Below, in pieces: positions 47,284 through 57,137 of a stretch of DNA of 64,000 bases. The number at the start of each line of letters is the position of its first letter. Position 1 is the stretch's first letter. The translations under genes and the position numbers were made by a program. The stretch is from a virus. The notes below the pieces were generated by a model. That model had not been told where the DNA came from and did not search any database. It saw nothing but the letters and a program-made list of their open reading frames with translations. The stretch covers positions 5,781 to 69,780 of IMG/VR virus record IMGVR_UViG_3300035562_000069; one strand, given 5' to 3'.

Positions 47284-48008
47284 TCTTCATCTTCATTGGT
47301 GATATAAAAAGCAGAAACCCTAGGGTATATATTATCCTCTGGGGAGCACTCCCCAATGGTTATAACAATAAGCCTATTTCTTTTCACATCACTAAAGCTA
47401 AACTTACAATATGCAAACCCTGTTGGACAGGCAACATCTATCTCCCAAAACCCTTGCCCCCAATAGTATTCCCCGTTACCACCTTGTAGTGTAAATTCTT
47501 CCGAGGGATATGACCATGAGTGCATTAGTGGGATCCACCCACTATCAATTAATTTCGCCCTTGCAATTTCATATCGCACGTCACGTATTTTAGGGATTGG
47601 CGTATAGTCTGCACCAGCTGGTTGAGGATAATACTCTTGCGACATTATTTTACCAATCCCAAGTCTGGTTTCACTTTCTCTTGTCTCCTTCCAGAATTTT
47701 AGTGTATCGAAATTATAGGAGAAAGTATCCACATCAATTAATTTTGAGCAATTCTGACATAGCCAAATTCCATTTTTTATATCTGACCGCTCTTCTCTTG
47801 TCATATTAACATCGAACCTAGGTCCTCCTGGGGAGGCAGCTAGTATATGACAAGCAACACCTATATTTATCGAATCTTTATCGTTGCCACTAGCACCTAT
47901 TGTGGTACTTCGACAGTCTGGGTTAGAGCAAATATATGCTGCTCTCTTCGCGAGCTCTTGTTTTACTCTGCTTTTAAAATCATCCCTTGCCACGTAATTA
48001 AACTCCAT
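47280..48008 (-). CDS. AT-rich antisense moron: N-terminal HNH nuclease plus unknown C-terminal domain (start may be GTG at 47993)
   Basis: CSNPDC...GVACHILAASPGGPRF...NGIWLCQNCSKLID. Confidence 0.8.
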   Translation of the reverse strand: MEFNYVARDDFKSRVKQELAKRAAYICSNPDCRSTTIGASGNDKDSINIGVACHILAASPGGPRFDVNMTREERSDIKNGIWLCQNCSKLIDVDTFSYNFDTLKFWKETRESETRLGIGKIMSQEYYPQPAGADYTPIPKIRDVRYEIARAKLIDSGWIPLMHSWSYPSEEFTLQGGNGEYYWGQGFWEIDVACPTGFAYCKFSFSDVKRNRLIVITIGECSPEDNIYPRVSAFYITNEDED

Positions 48009-48070
48009 TAAAGAGAAAAGCCCCGCAAGCGGGGCTATCCCGAGATGCGGCGACCAAACCGCAAATCATA

Positions 48071-48087
48071 AGGACTGGCCAATGACC
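48071..48087 (+). repeat. 17-nt start-site repeat, 1 mismatch (6-codon mini-ORF MTKATS, 48082-48102)
   Basis: AGGACTGGCCAATGACC. Confidence 0.75.
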
Positions 48088-48141
48088 AAGGCCACCAGCT
48101 AGCTGAGCGGGGAACCACCCCCGATCAACACGGAGAATACC

Positions 48142-48300
48142 ATGAGCCATAACCCTATCCAACAGATCCAGTACCAACACCGGATCGGCAGCCACAATAT
48201 TCACCAATTCAAACACCGCCGTCACCCGTTAAAAGCCTGCGCCGTCGTTCTCAGCGTTTTACGCTTATCTATCCGTAACTCCGTGAGGGCCGACCAATGA
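48142..48300 (+). CDS. Hypothetical 52-aa protein
   Basis: GGAG RBS; ATGA overlap with bet; translated by hand (below ORF-track cutoff). Confidence 0.5.
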   Translation: MSHNPIQQIQYQHRIGSHNIHQFKHRRHPLKACAVVLSVLRLSIRNSVRADQ

Positions 48301-49136
48301 GCAACATGGTAACAACGGGCAATTTACCGCAATCAGTCGCCGCCATGGGTATCGATGAACCCACCTGGAACGCGCTGAAAAACTCCATCTATCCCGGCGC
48401 GCGCGATGACTCTGTTGTCATGGCTGTCAGTTATTGCGTCGCCCGACAGTTAGATCCGCTGATGAAGCCGGTTCACTTAGTACCGATGAGCGTTAAAGAT
48501 GCCCAATCAGGCAAAAACGAATGGCGCGACGTAGTGATGCCCGGCATCGGCCTTTATCGCATTCAGGCCGATCGCTCAGGGAGCTATGCAGGCGCATATG
48601 AGCCTGAATTTGGCGACGACATCACAAAGACGCTGAACGGCGTTGAAATCACCTTCCCCGCCTGGTGCAAGTACACTGTCTGCAAGAGCATGCCCGACGG
48701 CAAGATCGTCGAATTCAGCGCCAAAGAATACTGGATGGAGAATTACGCGACTGCTGGCCGTGATAGCTCCGCGCCGAACGCTATGTGGAAGAAACGCCCT
48801 TATGGCCAGCTCGCGAAATGCGCCGAAGCACAGGCACTACGCAAAGCATGGCCCGAAATCGGCCAGCAGCCTACGGCGGAAGAAATGGAAGGTAAATCCT
48901 TGGATATCAGCGACGCCAAGGATGTGACGCCCCACAAAGAAACCCAAACGCCGCTGACGTTGCCACATTACCCGGCTGAAAAATTCAATCAAAACCTCCC
49001 TGGTTGGCAAAAGATGATCGAATCCGGCAGTAAAAAAGCCGATGCCGTGATCGCGACCGTCAGCACCAAGTTCACCCTTTCAGAAGCTCAAACCGAAGCT
49101 ATCCGTAAATTGGAGCCTATCGATGCAAATCATTAA
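48297..49136 (+). CDS. bet: Single-strand annealing recombinase Bet
   Basis: YCVARQLDPLMKPVHLVP...GIGLYRIQADRSG...MWKKRPYGQLAKCAEAQALRKAWP. Confidence 0.9.
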   Translation: MSNMVTTGNLPQSVAAMGIDEPTWNALKNSIYPGARDDSVVMAVSYCVARQLDPLMKPVHLVPMSVKDAQSGKNEWRDVVMPGIGLYRIQADRSGSYAGAYEPEFGDDITKTLNGVEITFPAWCKYTVCKSMPDGKIVEFSAKEYWMENYATAGRDSSAPNAMWKKRPYGQLAKCAEAQALRKAWPEIGQQPTAEEMEGKSLDISDAKDVTPHKETQTPLTLPHYPAEKFNQNLPGWQKMIESGSKKADAVIATVSTKFTLSEAQTEAIRKLEPIDANH

Positions 49137-50721
49137 CGTACAGCAGGGTTCTGCTGAATGGCACGCGCTGCGTGCCAAACACTTCACCGCCAGCGAAGCG
49201 CCAGTAATGATGGCCGCATCCAGCAAAATGCGCCGCGACGAACTGCTGAGCATGAAAGCCACCGGTACCGAGCGCGAGATCAGCGACTGGGTGCAAACCA
49301 ATCTTTTCGATAAAGGCCACCAGCAAGAAGCAACCGCGCGAATCATCGTCGAGAGTATGATCGGCGACGAACTTTATCCGGCAACAGCTGTTGATGATAT
49401 GGGCTGCCTACTGGCTTCTTTCGACGGCATGACGATGATGGAAGACACGTTGTTCGAACATAAAATGTGGAATGCCAGCCTGGCAGCGGCAGTACGCCAG
49501 CAAGAGTTACCGCCTGAGTATTACTGGCAACTGGAACAGCAATTGCTGGTCAGTGGTGCACAACGCGTAATTTTCGTTTGCTCCGATGGCACCGAGGAAA
49601 ATTTTGCATCCATGGAATACACCCCGGTTCCGGGACGTGCGGATGCACTAATCGCAGGCTGGCACCAGTTCAAGCAGGATTTGGACAGCTTTGAACCCGG
49701 TGAGCTGAAAGAGTCACCGCAGGGTAAATCGATCATGCGCCTACCCGCGCTGATGGTAGAGATTGAAGGCGCGGTAAAACAGTCAAACCTGACCGTTTAT
49801 CAAGGGAAGGCATTGGCCTTCATTGAATCCATCAATACTACCCTCGTCACGGATCAGGACTTCGCTGATGCGGAAGAAACAGTAAAGTTCTGCGACAAGG
49901 CAGAGTCAGAGCTCGACCTCATCAAACAGCAGGCGCTGTCGCAAACAGTTGAAATTGATGAGCTGTTTCGCACGATCGACGTCCTGCGAGAAGCAATGCG
50001 CGCTAAACGCCTGGAGTTAACGAAGCTGGTTAAGTCGCGTAAAGAAGAGATCCGCGCTGAAATCATCAGCAAGGCCAAAACGGCACTGAATGAACATATC
50101 AGTGCTTTAAACGTCCAGCTTGGTGCCGTTCGCTTGCCGATTATCCCAGTGGACTTCGTCACTTCCATCAAGGGTAAGAAAACCCTGACATCGCTACAGG
50201 GGGCCGCAAACGACGAGTTGGCTCGCGCCAAGATCGAAGCCAATCAGATCTGCGATAAATACCTGGCAAATCTGAAACTGTTCGACGTGATTGAGCCGGC
50301 CTTTAAATCCCTTTTTGCCGATATCAACCAACTCGTCGGAAACGACAGTGAGCACCTGAAACTGCTGATCGAACAGCGCATCAGCAATCAGAAGAAACTC
50401 GATAACGAACGTATTGAGCGGGAACGGCTGGCAGCCGCAGCATTACAGGCCGCAAAGGCTGCGCCAATTGAAGATCCTGAGCCAGTTGCTAATGCCCCCC
50501 TTCACTCGGTTACGGCGTTCCAGTATCCCGAAACATTGGGTAGCGCACCGGCGGTGTCCACTGAAGAATTAAAACCAGCAGGAATGAGCATCGCGGAAAT
50601 TATCAATGATGTGAAAGCCGACCTGGCCGCCGAAGGCATCAAGATCAACGCAGCAGCATTGAACCAGCTTATTCCTGCAATTATCGCCGGTCGCATTCGC
50701 CACATCTCTGCCAACGTTTAA
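49123..50721 (+). CDS. YqaJ/lambda-exo family exonuclease with long coiled-coil C-terminus
   Basis: QGSAEWHALR...TASEA...ASFDG...FEHK...YYWQLEQQL. Confidence 0.85.
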   Translation: MQIINVQQGSAEWHALRAKHFTASEAPVMMAASSKMRRDELLSMKATGTEREISDWVQTNLFDKGHQQEATARIIVESMIGDELYPATAVDDMGCLLASFDGMTMMEDTLFEHKMWNASLAAAVRQQELPPEYYWQLEQQLLVSGAQRVIFVCSDGTEENFASMEYTPVPGRADALIAGWHQFKQDLDSFEPGELKESPQGKSIMRLPALMVEIEGAVKQSNLTVYQGKALAFIESINTTLVTDQDFADAEETVKFCDKAESELDLIKQQALSQTVEIDELFRTIDVLREAMRAKRLELTKLVKSRKEEIRAEIISKAKTALNEHISALNVQLGAVRLPIIPVDFVTSIKGKKTLTSLQGAANDELARAKIEANQICDKYLANLKLFDVIEPAFKSLFADINQLVGNDSEHLKLLIEQRISNQKKLDNERIERERLAAAALQAAKAAPIEDPEPVANAPLHSVTAFQYPETLGSAPAVSTEELKPAGMSIAEIINDVKADLAAEGIKINAAALNQLIPAIIAGRIRHISANV

Positions 50722-50762
50722 TCGAAGCATCCTGCATCAGTAGGCCCGCATAAGGAATATCC

Positions 50763-51917
50763 ATGAGCACCACACTAACAACCGTTGCCAGCGTGTTGGA
50801 ATCAGCCCTGCGCCCCGTTCGGGCGCAGCTCGATCTTGCTACCGAACAGACCACAGGGACTGCGCAACGCTCCGTTGAAAGCGCAGGCGTTTTGCTAAAC
50901 CAAGCACAGTCCCTGTGTATCGAGCAGCACAATGCCGATGTTGACGAATTTAACGAATTGCTCGACCGGCACGAGGCGCTACAAGCTGACATCACCACTC
51001 AGAAATTGCAGATCACCAGCCTGCAGGATCAACTGGATGAACAGACCATTGTCGCCAAAGAGGCTAATGCCAATGCAGAGATAACGCGCGCCCGGGTGAA
51101 GCAGCTCACCAGCGATAACAGCCTACTGGCTAAAGACAACAACGCCCTGAAATCTCTCAACCCGCAGGCACTACAAAAGCAGATAACCAGGCTGAAAGAG
51201 GATCTGAAATTCAAGGTGCAATTACTCGACCAGCAAAAGGCGGAAATGAGGAAAGCCCGCGGTGAAGCAGCGGATCTAAAAACATCGTTAGCGCAGGCAG
51301 CACAGCGTAATTCCGTGCTGGAGGATACCGTTGGGGAATTACAGTCACGCCTGCAAAACATCGATGGCGACGTGGCGCCAGTCTGGTACCGCGCCAGCGA
51401 CGGCAGCGGGATCCATTTTTACTTTTATACCTTCGGTTGGCGCTTGTCGTTCGGATCGGATGACCGCGATGTGCAGTTGCAGATCCTGCAGGACATCAAC
51501 TGGCATATTGAGGTCAGAACCAACACCGGGATCGGCGTCATCGTCTCAGTGACCGAGTGGTGCCGACCGCGTTACCCAACGCTGGACGTCTTTAAGCTGG
51601 CCTGGCCGGAAGAACTTGGCTCAGCGATTTGTACCCGGATTAGCGAACTATTGGAACGCAGCCACCCTCACCTTGTCCGCCGTGCTGAATGGGCTGAAGG
51701 TATCCCGCTTAGCTCGCTGCAGCAGCTAAAACCCCAATGGCTAGATTTGCTGAATGCCTCCGGCATGCACTCGTTGTATGCCGTCGCCAGCCTAACCCCG
51801 GAAGAGCTCTCCGAAACTGTTAAAGGCTTTGGCATCACTACCGCGCGCCAGGTACACGCCGCGTGCATCAAAACGGTGAAAGAGTGGGAAACCGAAGATA
51901 AGCAGAAGGCGGCCTGA
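50763..51917 (+). CDS. Coiled-coil protein with C-terminal helix-hairpin-helix-like motif
   Basis: Heptad-rich ~200 aa; LLNASGMHSLYAVASLTPEEL...VKGFGITTARQV. Confidence 0.65.
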   Translation: MSTTLTTVASVLESALRPVRAQLDLATEQTTGTAQRSVESAGVLLNQAQSLCIEQHNADVDEFNELLDRHEALQADITTQKLQITSLQDQLDEQTIVAKEANANAEITRARVKQLTSDNSLLAKDNNALKSLNPQALQKQITRLKEDLKFKVQLLDQQKAEMRKARGEAADLKTSLAQAAQRNSVLEDTVGELQSRLQNIDGDVAPVWYRASDGSGIHFYFYTFGWRLSFGSDDRDVQLQILQDINWHIEVRTNTGIGVIVSVTEWCRPRYPTLDVFKLAWPEELGSAICTRISELLERSHPHLVRRAEWAEGIPLSSLQQLKPQWLDLLNASGMHSLYAVASLTPEELSETVKGFGITTARQVHAACIKTVKEWETEDKQKAA

Positions 51918-51918
51918 A

Positions 51919-52341
51919 ATGGATGAAGAGCTGAACTACGGCAAAATTTACAAACCCGAAGACGATAAGTGCTGCTATATCGCGGTGATCATCTGGCGAA
52001 TGCGCGCCCGCGCCGCGATCCGCAGCGGCATGCCATACCAACATGAACCCAAGCCCATATATCAGGGTAACGGCCTGCCGCCGGCTAAGCGCAAACTTGA
52101 CTCGGTAAACATCGGCGTGCGCCAGCGCTATTCATCAACGGTAATGCTGGCCGTTTACCAGTTCCACCGATCGGGACACAACGAGCACACGATATCCGGT
52201 GATACCGGTATCCCTGTACCGGACATCCGCAAGATGCTGGAGCACAAAACGCAGACACAGCGCAAAGCGTGGATGCTTGCCCACCAGATCCGGATCCCGT
52301 CGAAGCAAGAGATCCTGAGCCGCCTTTCCCGCGAAGTTTAA
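51919..52341 (+). CDS. Hypothetical 140-aa protein
   Basis: Coupled ORF in early-left operon. Confidence 0.6.
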   Translation: MDEELNYGKIYKPEDDKCCYIAVIIWRMRARAAIRSGMPYQHEPKPIYQGNGLPPAKRKLDSVNIGVRQRYSSTVMLAVYQFHRSGHNEHTISGDTGIPVPDIRKMLEHKTQTQRKAWMLAHQIRIPSKQEILSRLSREV

Positions 52342-52347
52342 CTCGTT

Positions 52348-52608
52348 ATGGAGGTAAAGCATGGCCGCCGGGAAGTTTGGCAGCATGTGGCCGACGCTAA
52401 TATGCAGGACGCGATAAAGAAAATCGCTGCCATTTTCGACATCGACGACATCGACGACATCGACGACATCGACGACATCGCCATTTTCACTCCCGGCAAA
52501 CTGACCTATCTCAAGAATAAACCCGTCAAGTACAAACGAATTTGCCCGTTGCAGAGCGACGTGGTGATCAACCCTATTACCGGCGCTATTAGCGCCAAGG
52601 AAAATTGA
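52348..52608 (+). CDS. Hypothetical protein with DDI tandem repeat
   Basis: In-frame 9-bp repeat. Confidence 0.5.
   Translation: MEVKHGRREVWQHVADANMQDAIKKIAAIFDIDDIDDIDDIDDIAIFTPGKLTYLKNKPVKYKRICPLQSDVVINPITGAISAKEN
52438..52479 (+). repeat. 9-bp tandem repeat (GACGACATC) x4 preceded by GACATC
   Basis: Seen directly; encodes DIDDIDDIDDIDDI. Confidence 0.95.
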
Positions 52609-52808
52609 TGTAATGAGCAGCAAATACCGTAAGGGCGTGCTTTATACCCGCCATATCCAGCCCGACGATAAGTGCGACAGCTTTATGTCTGCCATGGACC
52701 TAGCCGCCGCTACGATGATGGTAAAGAACGGCAAACACCGCAGCTCCACTATTCAACTCTGACTAGAATACTTGGCAGCCAACAACATGAACTGGAGTGA
52801 TGTGCAAA

Positions 52809-53873
52809 TCATGCCGTACATATCACACAGAACGCGTCCCAACGAGCCTGAAGGTTATCTGTTTTAATAGGGTGCATAGTAGGACGCATAGCTGCGCCGT
52901 TGTATCTCACCAGATCTGAATCAGTATCCAGCATATCTTTCACGAACCATATTTTCAAAGTCTTAGGGTCAATCGCACACAGCCCCGCATCAAACAGCTT
53001 GTGGATATCAGAGCGAAGAAGTAGCCCGTTTTTGAAGCTCGCACCGCCTTTACGTGCATGAGGCACCAAATGAGCAGCTTCACAACGGATGCTAGAAGCC
53101 AGCGTAAAAACACAGCGGCCACCACAATTGAGATCGACATCATCATGGAATTGTTCCTGATTGCGACGGCGGCGGCCATAGTAGGGAATATCCTCTTTAT
53201 GTTCACGTTCTTCAACCAGAGTGCGTTCGCGGGGCTTTTCCTCAGCATTCGCTTCAGGCTCCACTTCTTCAGGAACAGAAACTTCCGGCATTCTTTCTTC
53301 AGCCAGAAAGATAGCGATAGTATCCACCAGTTTAACGCCATGGAAGCGGCCAGTGCGCTTGCGAAACCACTCATGAAATTCCGCAACATCTTCAGCCGGT
53401 AGTCCTTTAGGGACATATATCGATGCCATATGGCGGATAATATCTTCGGGAGAAGACTTCTCCCCTTTCGCAAGTTTCTTCGCTGGTGCAGAAATTGTGC
53501 TTGTGGCAGAACTGCGGATAATATTGGTGGAGCTACGATTGCCACTTATGTGACGTTTAACGGAATTCCCTTCAACCAGGATCTGCTTAGCCTCGTCAAC
53601 CTGACGTTGAAGAAAAGCCTCAATTTGGGTGTGGTTCAGTTTGAAGTGGCGCATCACGGCTCCACGGAATGCCAGCAGGACTTCATTGTTACGTCCCGGT
53701 GGGCAGGAACGGTCAACACGCTGGTTGCTATAGGTATTATGACCCCACGCTTGCGTACCATAACGGCTAAAAATGACTGTCCAGTCTTTGGCGGTATAGC
53801 TACGATAAACTTTCCTATCGCAGACAAAAATGAAGGGTGCATGAATAGTAAACCCGTTAACATCTATTGCCAT
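52809..53873 (-). CDS. HNH endonuclease with large uncharacterised N-terminal region
   Basis: CVFT...EAAHLVP...NGLLLRSDIHKLFD; GAGG RBS before ATG 53873. Confidence 0.8.
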   Translation of the reverse strand: MAIDVNGFTIHAPFIFVCDRKVYRSYTAKDWTVIFSRYGTQAWGHNTYSNQRVDRSCPPGRNNEVLLAFRGAVMRHFKLNHTQIEAFLQRQVDEAKQILVEGNSVKRHISGNRSSTNIIRSSATSTISAPAKKLAKGEKSSPEDIIRHMASIYVPKGLPAEDVAEFHEWFRKRTGRFHGVKLVDTIAIFLAEERMPEVSVPEEVEPEANAEEKPRERTLVEEREHKEDIPYYGRRRRNQEQFHDDVDLNCGGRCVFTLASSIRCEAAHLVPHARKGGASFKNGLLLRSDIHKLFDAGLCAIDPKTLKIWFVKDMLDTDSDLVRYNGAAMRPTMHPIKTDNLQARWDAFCVICTA

Positions 53874-54007
53874 GTTATGCCACCTCAACCAAAGTATTTT
53901 TCCAGTCCATCCCTTCGGGTTCAACTTTGCCAACATCTTCCAGCCAGCGATTGCAGTAGTGGTCGATACCTAAGAAGCAATGTTTATGGAAAATGGTACT
54001 ACACTGA

Positions 54008-54436
54008 TTACTGATCAAGTTCGATGCACCAAAGCTGTGAATTTGCATCCTCGCAACATGCACCACACGCCTTCCAAAAGCTTCTCGCTTGCTCTGAACT
54101 ACTCACTGGTATGTCAATAATTGCAGTATTTCTCTCTTTGTAAATCTGCTTTAAAGCCTCAAGCATTGCTCTGCCATGACCTTGCATTCTGAAATCTGGT
54201 GCAACGTAAAATTGAACGATTTTAGTAGATGTAAACAGTGCATAACCGCACACGTTGTTATCATCATCAAGCAGTGCACCAACTTCATACCCTACAGCAG
54301 AATGTGAGAATAACCCGAGAGTATTTGCTAGCGGTTCGCTGAAAACGTTAAATATTGCGTTGCTATCAGAATTAAGCATAACGCTAACGTCATTGGCCAG
54401 GCTAGGATCATGCTGGCAGTTGAAAATTTTGAACAT
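54008..54436 (-). CDS. GNAT acetyltransferase
   Basis: FYVAPDFRMQGHGRAML acetyl-CoA motif; ARSFWKACG. Confidence 0.85.
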   Translation of the reverse strand: MFKIFNCQHDPSLANDVSVMLNSDSNAIFNVFSEPLANTLGLFSHSAVGYEVGALLDDDNNVCGYALFTSTKIVQFYVAPDFRMQGHGRAMLEALKQIYKERNTAIIDIPVSSSEQARSFWKACGACCEDANSQLWCIELDQ

Positions 54437-54556
54437 TCAAAGCCCCCTAAACTCCACTGAGTGAGGTAGAACTTTACACTAAAATTTTTCCGAGAGGATC
54501 ATCTTGCCCAACAAAGGGATAGCTTTAGATCGTTCTATCCTTCCCTTTCTTTATGG

Positions 54557-54599
54557 TTGCAACGTCTAAAACGGGATTATACTGTATATAAAAACAGTA
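54557..54599 (+). promoter_or_regulatory. umuDC promoter with LexA box
   Basis: TTGCAA-17-TACTGT; TACTGTATATAAAAACAGTA at 54580-54599. Confidence 0.92.
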
Positions 54600-54613
54600 T
54601 AGAGAAATGCACA

Positions 54614-55036
54614 ATGAAGCACTTTTTTCCAACACCAACACCCGAGAAACAACTCACTCCGCTTTACTCCGACAAAGTCCCTGCAGGCTTCCCCAGCCCT
54701 GCGCAAGACTACGTGCACGCGCGGATCGACCTCAACGAGTACTGCATAAGCCACCCTTCGGCAACTTACTTTCTGATCGCTTCAGGAGAAAGCATGATCG
54801 AAGCCGGGATCACCGACGGATCTATGCTGGTAGTCGATCGAAGCATTAGCGCCTGTCACGGCGATATCGTGATCGCCAGTATCGCAGGCGAGTTCACGGT
54901 TAAGCGGCTGTGCCTAAATCCTGTTGCACAGCTCGAGCCCATGAACCCGAAATTCAGCCCTATTCCTCTTCCAGACGGTGGCGAAGACCTGGATATCGTT
55001 GGGGTAGTCATTTCAACGATCACGAGGCTGAAATAA
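54614..55036 (+). CDS. umuD: Pol V subunit UmuD
   Basis: VPAGFPSPA cleavage site, GESM and FTVKRL catalytic residues intact. Confidence 0.95.
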   Translation: MKHFFPTPTPEKQLTPLYSDKVPAGFPSPAQDYVHARIDLNEYCISHPSATYFLIASGESMIEAGITDGSMLVVDRSISACHGDIVIASIAGEFTVKRLCLNPVAQLEPMNPKFSPIPLPDGGEDLDIVGVVISTITRLK

Positions 55037-56304
55037 TGTATGCCCTGGCCGATGTAAACAGCTTTTATGCAAGCTGCGAAACGCTGTGGCGTCCGGATCT
55101 ACGCGGACGCCCAGTGGTTGTTCTATCGAATAATGACGGCTGTGTAGTGGCGCGGAGTAAAGAAGCCAAGTTGTTGGGGCTCAAGATGGGAGAGCCTTAC
55201 TTCAAAATTAAACGGGACTTTGAGCGCGCCGGCGGCATAGCGTTCAGCAGTAATTACGAGTTGTACGCCGATATGTCGATGCGAGTGATGGCGGTGCTGG
55301 AAGAAATGGCACCTCGCGTCGAAATTTATTCAATTGACGAAAGTTTTCTCGATCTGACAGGCGTCCGTAACTGCATTGAACTTGAGAAGTTCGGCCGGCA
55401 GGTTCGTGCCAAAGTGTTGCGCGACACGGGGCTCACCGTGGGCGTGGGCATTGCCCAAACCAAGACACTCGCAAAACTGGCAAATTACGCTGCGAAAAAA
55501 TGGGATAAGACCGGCGGCGTGGTTGACCTTTCCAATCTGCAACGGCAGCGAAAATTGATGGCGCTAGTGCCGGTAGCAGAGATCTGGGGTATTGGTCGGC
55601 GGATATCGAAAAAACTGCAAGTCATGGGGATAGAAACTGCACTTCAGTTAGCAGATGCAAGCACCACAATGATCAGAAAGCATTTCAGTGTCGTGATTGA
55701 GCGCACGGTGCGAGAACTGCGTGGTGAACCCTGTTTGTCGCTCGAAGAATTTGCGCCGACGAAGCAGCAGATTATCTGCAGCCGCAGCTTCGGCGACCGC
55801 ATCACGGAGTATGACCAAATGCACCAGGCGATCTGCATGTATGCTTCCCGCGCGGCAGAGAAACTGCGCGAAGAGCGTCAATATTGCCGGTATATAAACA
55901 CTTGGGTTAAAACCAGCCCCTTCACTATCAATGAGGAATATTACGGCAACACGGCAAGCATCAAGCTCAGTACGCCCACGCAGGATACGCGAGATATCAT
56001 CGCTGCGGCTATTCGATGTCTGGATGCCATCTGGCAGACAGGATACCGATATCAGAAAGCCGGGGTCATGCTGCAGGATTTCTACTCGCAGGGCGTCGCC
56101 CAACTGAATCTTTTCGATGAGTATCAACCACGGCAGAACAGTGGACAACTAATGGCAGTTTTAGACCACATCAACAAGTCTGGCCGCGCGAAAGTATGGT
56201 TTGCTGGCCAGGGTAACCAACAAGCATGGTCAATGAAGCGGGAATTGCTTTCGCCAGCATACACAACGCGCGTGTCAGACCTTCCGCGCGCCCGCGTGTA
56301 CTGA
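55036..56304 (+). CDS. umuC: Y-family Pol V subunit UmuC
   Basis: [15 protein letters not shown]...VVLSNNDGC...YSIDE; TAATG coupling to umuD. Confidence 0.95.
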   Translation: MYALADVNSFYASCETLWRPDLRGRPVVVLSNNDGCVVARSKEAKLLGLKMGEPYFKIKRDFERAGGIAFSSNYELYADMSMRVMAVLEEMAPRVEIYSIDESFLDLTGVRNCIELEKFGRQVRAKVLRDTGLTVGVGIAQTKTLAKLANYAAKKWDKTGGVVDLSNLQRQRKLMALVPVAEIWGIGRRISKKLQVMGIETALQLADASTTMIRKHFSVVIERTVRELRGEPCLSLEEFAPTKQQIICSRSFGDRITEYDQMHQAICMYASRAAEKLREERQYCRYINTWVKTSPFTINEEYYGNTASIKLSTPTQDTRDIIAAAIRCLDAIWQTGYRYQKAGVMLQDFYSQGVAQLNLFDEYQPRQNSGQLMAVLDHINKSGRAKVWFAGQGNQQAWSMKRELLSPAYTTRVSDLPRARVY

Positions 56305-56306
56305 CA

Positions 56307-57005
56307 TCACAGCAGTGGATTATCGATCGGCTTGATGAGATCCGCACTGTCGTTCCTAATACTGCCAACGGCCTTTGAAACAGGATGCCACGAGAATTTA
56401 TCGGCAGGTGTAGCTCCGCTCGTGGCGAGCTCTTCAGCACGTGCAGAAGAGGTATCGGGGTTTAGCCATTCGCGGGCCGCCGGCGGCGGCAAAACTACCG
56501 GTCGCCGATCATGGATATCCAGTAAGCCGGAGTCGCTGGCAGCCGTGACAATGACAAAGCCGTCATTGTGCTGCTCAGCCTCTTTGGTGTGAAATCGACT
56601 GATAGCCGCAAAGAAAATCGGCTCATCGGCATGGATAAAGTAAGGCTGTTTTTTCTTCGGGTCATCCGGTGACTTCTTCCACTCATACCAACCGTCGGCA
56701 GCCACCAGCATGCGGCCATGCTCCCACAACGGTTTAAACATACGGCTACTCGCAGCAGTTTCAACTCGCGCATTGATTACCGGTTGCCGCTTCATTTCAA
56801 GCCACCAATCAGGGCCATATCCCCATAGAACCGGATCCATATGGAGCTGGGTGTCGCGCTGATTGATGAGCAGTACATGGGTGCCAGGCGCTACGTTATA
56901 GCGACCAATAGGCACAGTATCCAGAGCATCTGCATACTCGAGCTCTGAAGCTAAATAATAGAGATAGTCAGCCCTTGTTTGTACTTGGGCAAAGCGGCCG
57001 CACAT
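56307..57005 (-). CDS. SRAP/HMCES-family abasic-site crosslinking protein (YedK-like)
   Basis: MCGRF N-terminus, INARVET, DGWYEW, HDRRP. Confidence 0.92.
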   Translation of the reverse strand: MCGRFAQVQTRADYLYYLASELEYADALDTVPIGRYNVAPGTHVLLINQRDTQLHMDPVLWGYGPDWWLEMKRQPVINARVETAASSRMFKPLWEHGRMLVAADGWYEWKKSPDDPKKKQPYFIHADEPIFFAAISRFHTKEAEQHNDGFVIVTAASDSGLLDIHDRRPVVLPPPAAREWLNPDTSSARAEELATSGATPADKFSWHPVSKAVGSIRNDSADLIKPIDNPLL

Positions 57006-57137
57006 ACAAAAACCTCACAGTGATAGTAGGCAAAGTATAGCCCACACACGATCGACCATAGCCCCTTCCTAATCACATTAGATAAACCATAATAAGGGCG
57101 TAGCAGTGTTACGCCCTTCTCTTTTGAGGAGCAGATA

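Noticed and set aside
52613-52762. 49-aa ORF after the DDI gene
   Set aside because: No recognisable motif and weak RBS; possibly a remnant cut by the HNH insertion
54008-54436. GNAT as a classical AtaT/TacT toxin-antitoxin module
   Set aside because: No adjacent RHH antitoxin ORF; short protein with a different context
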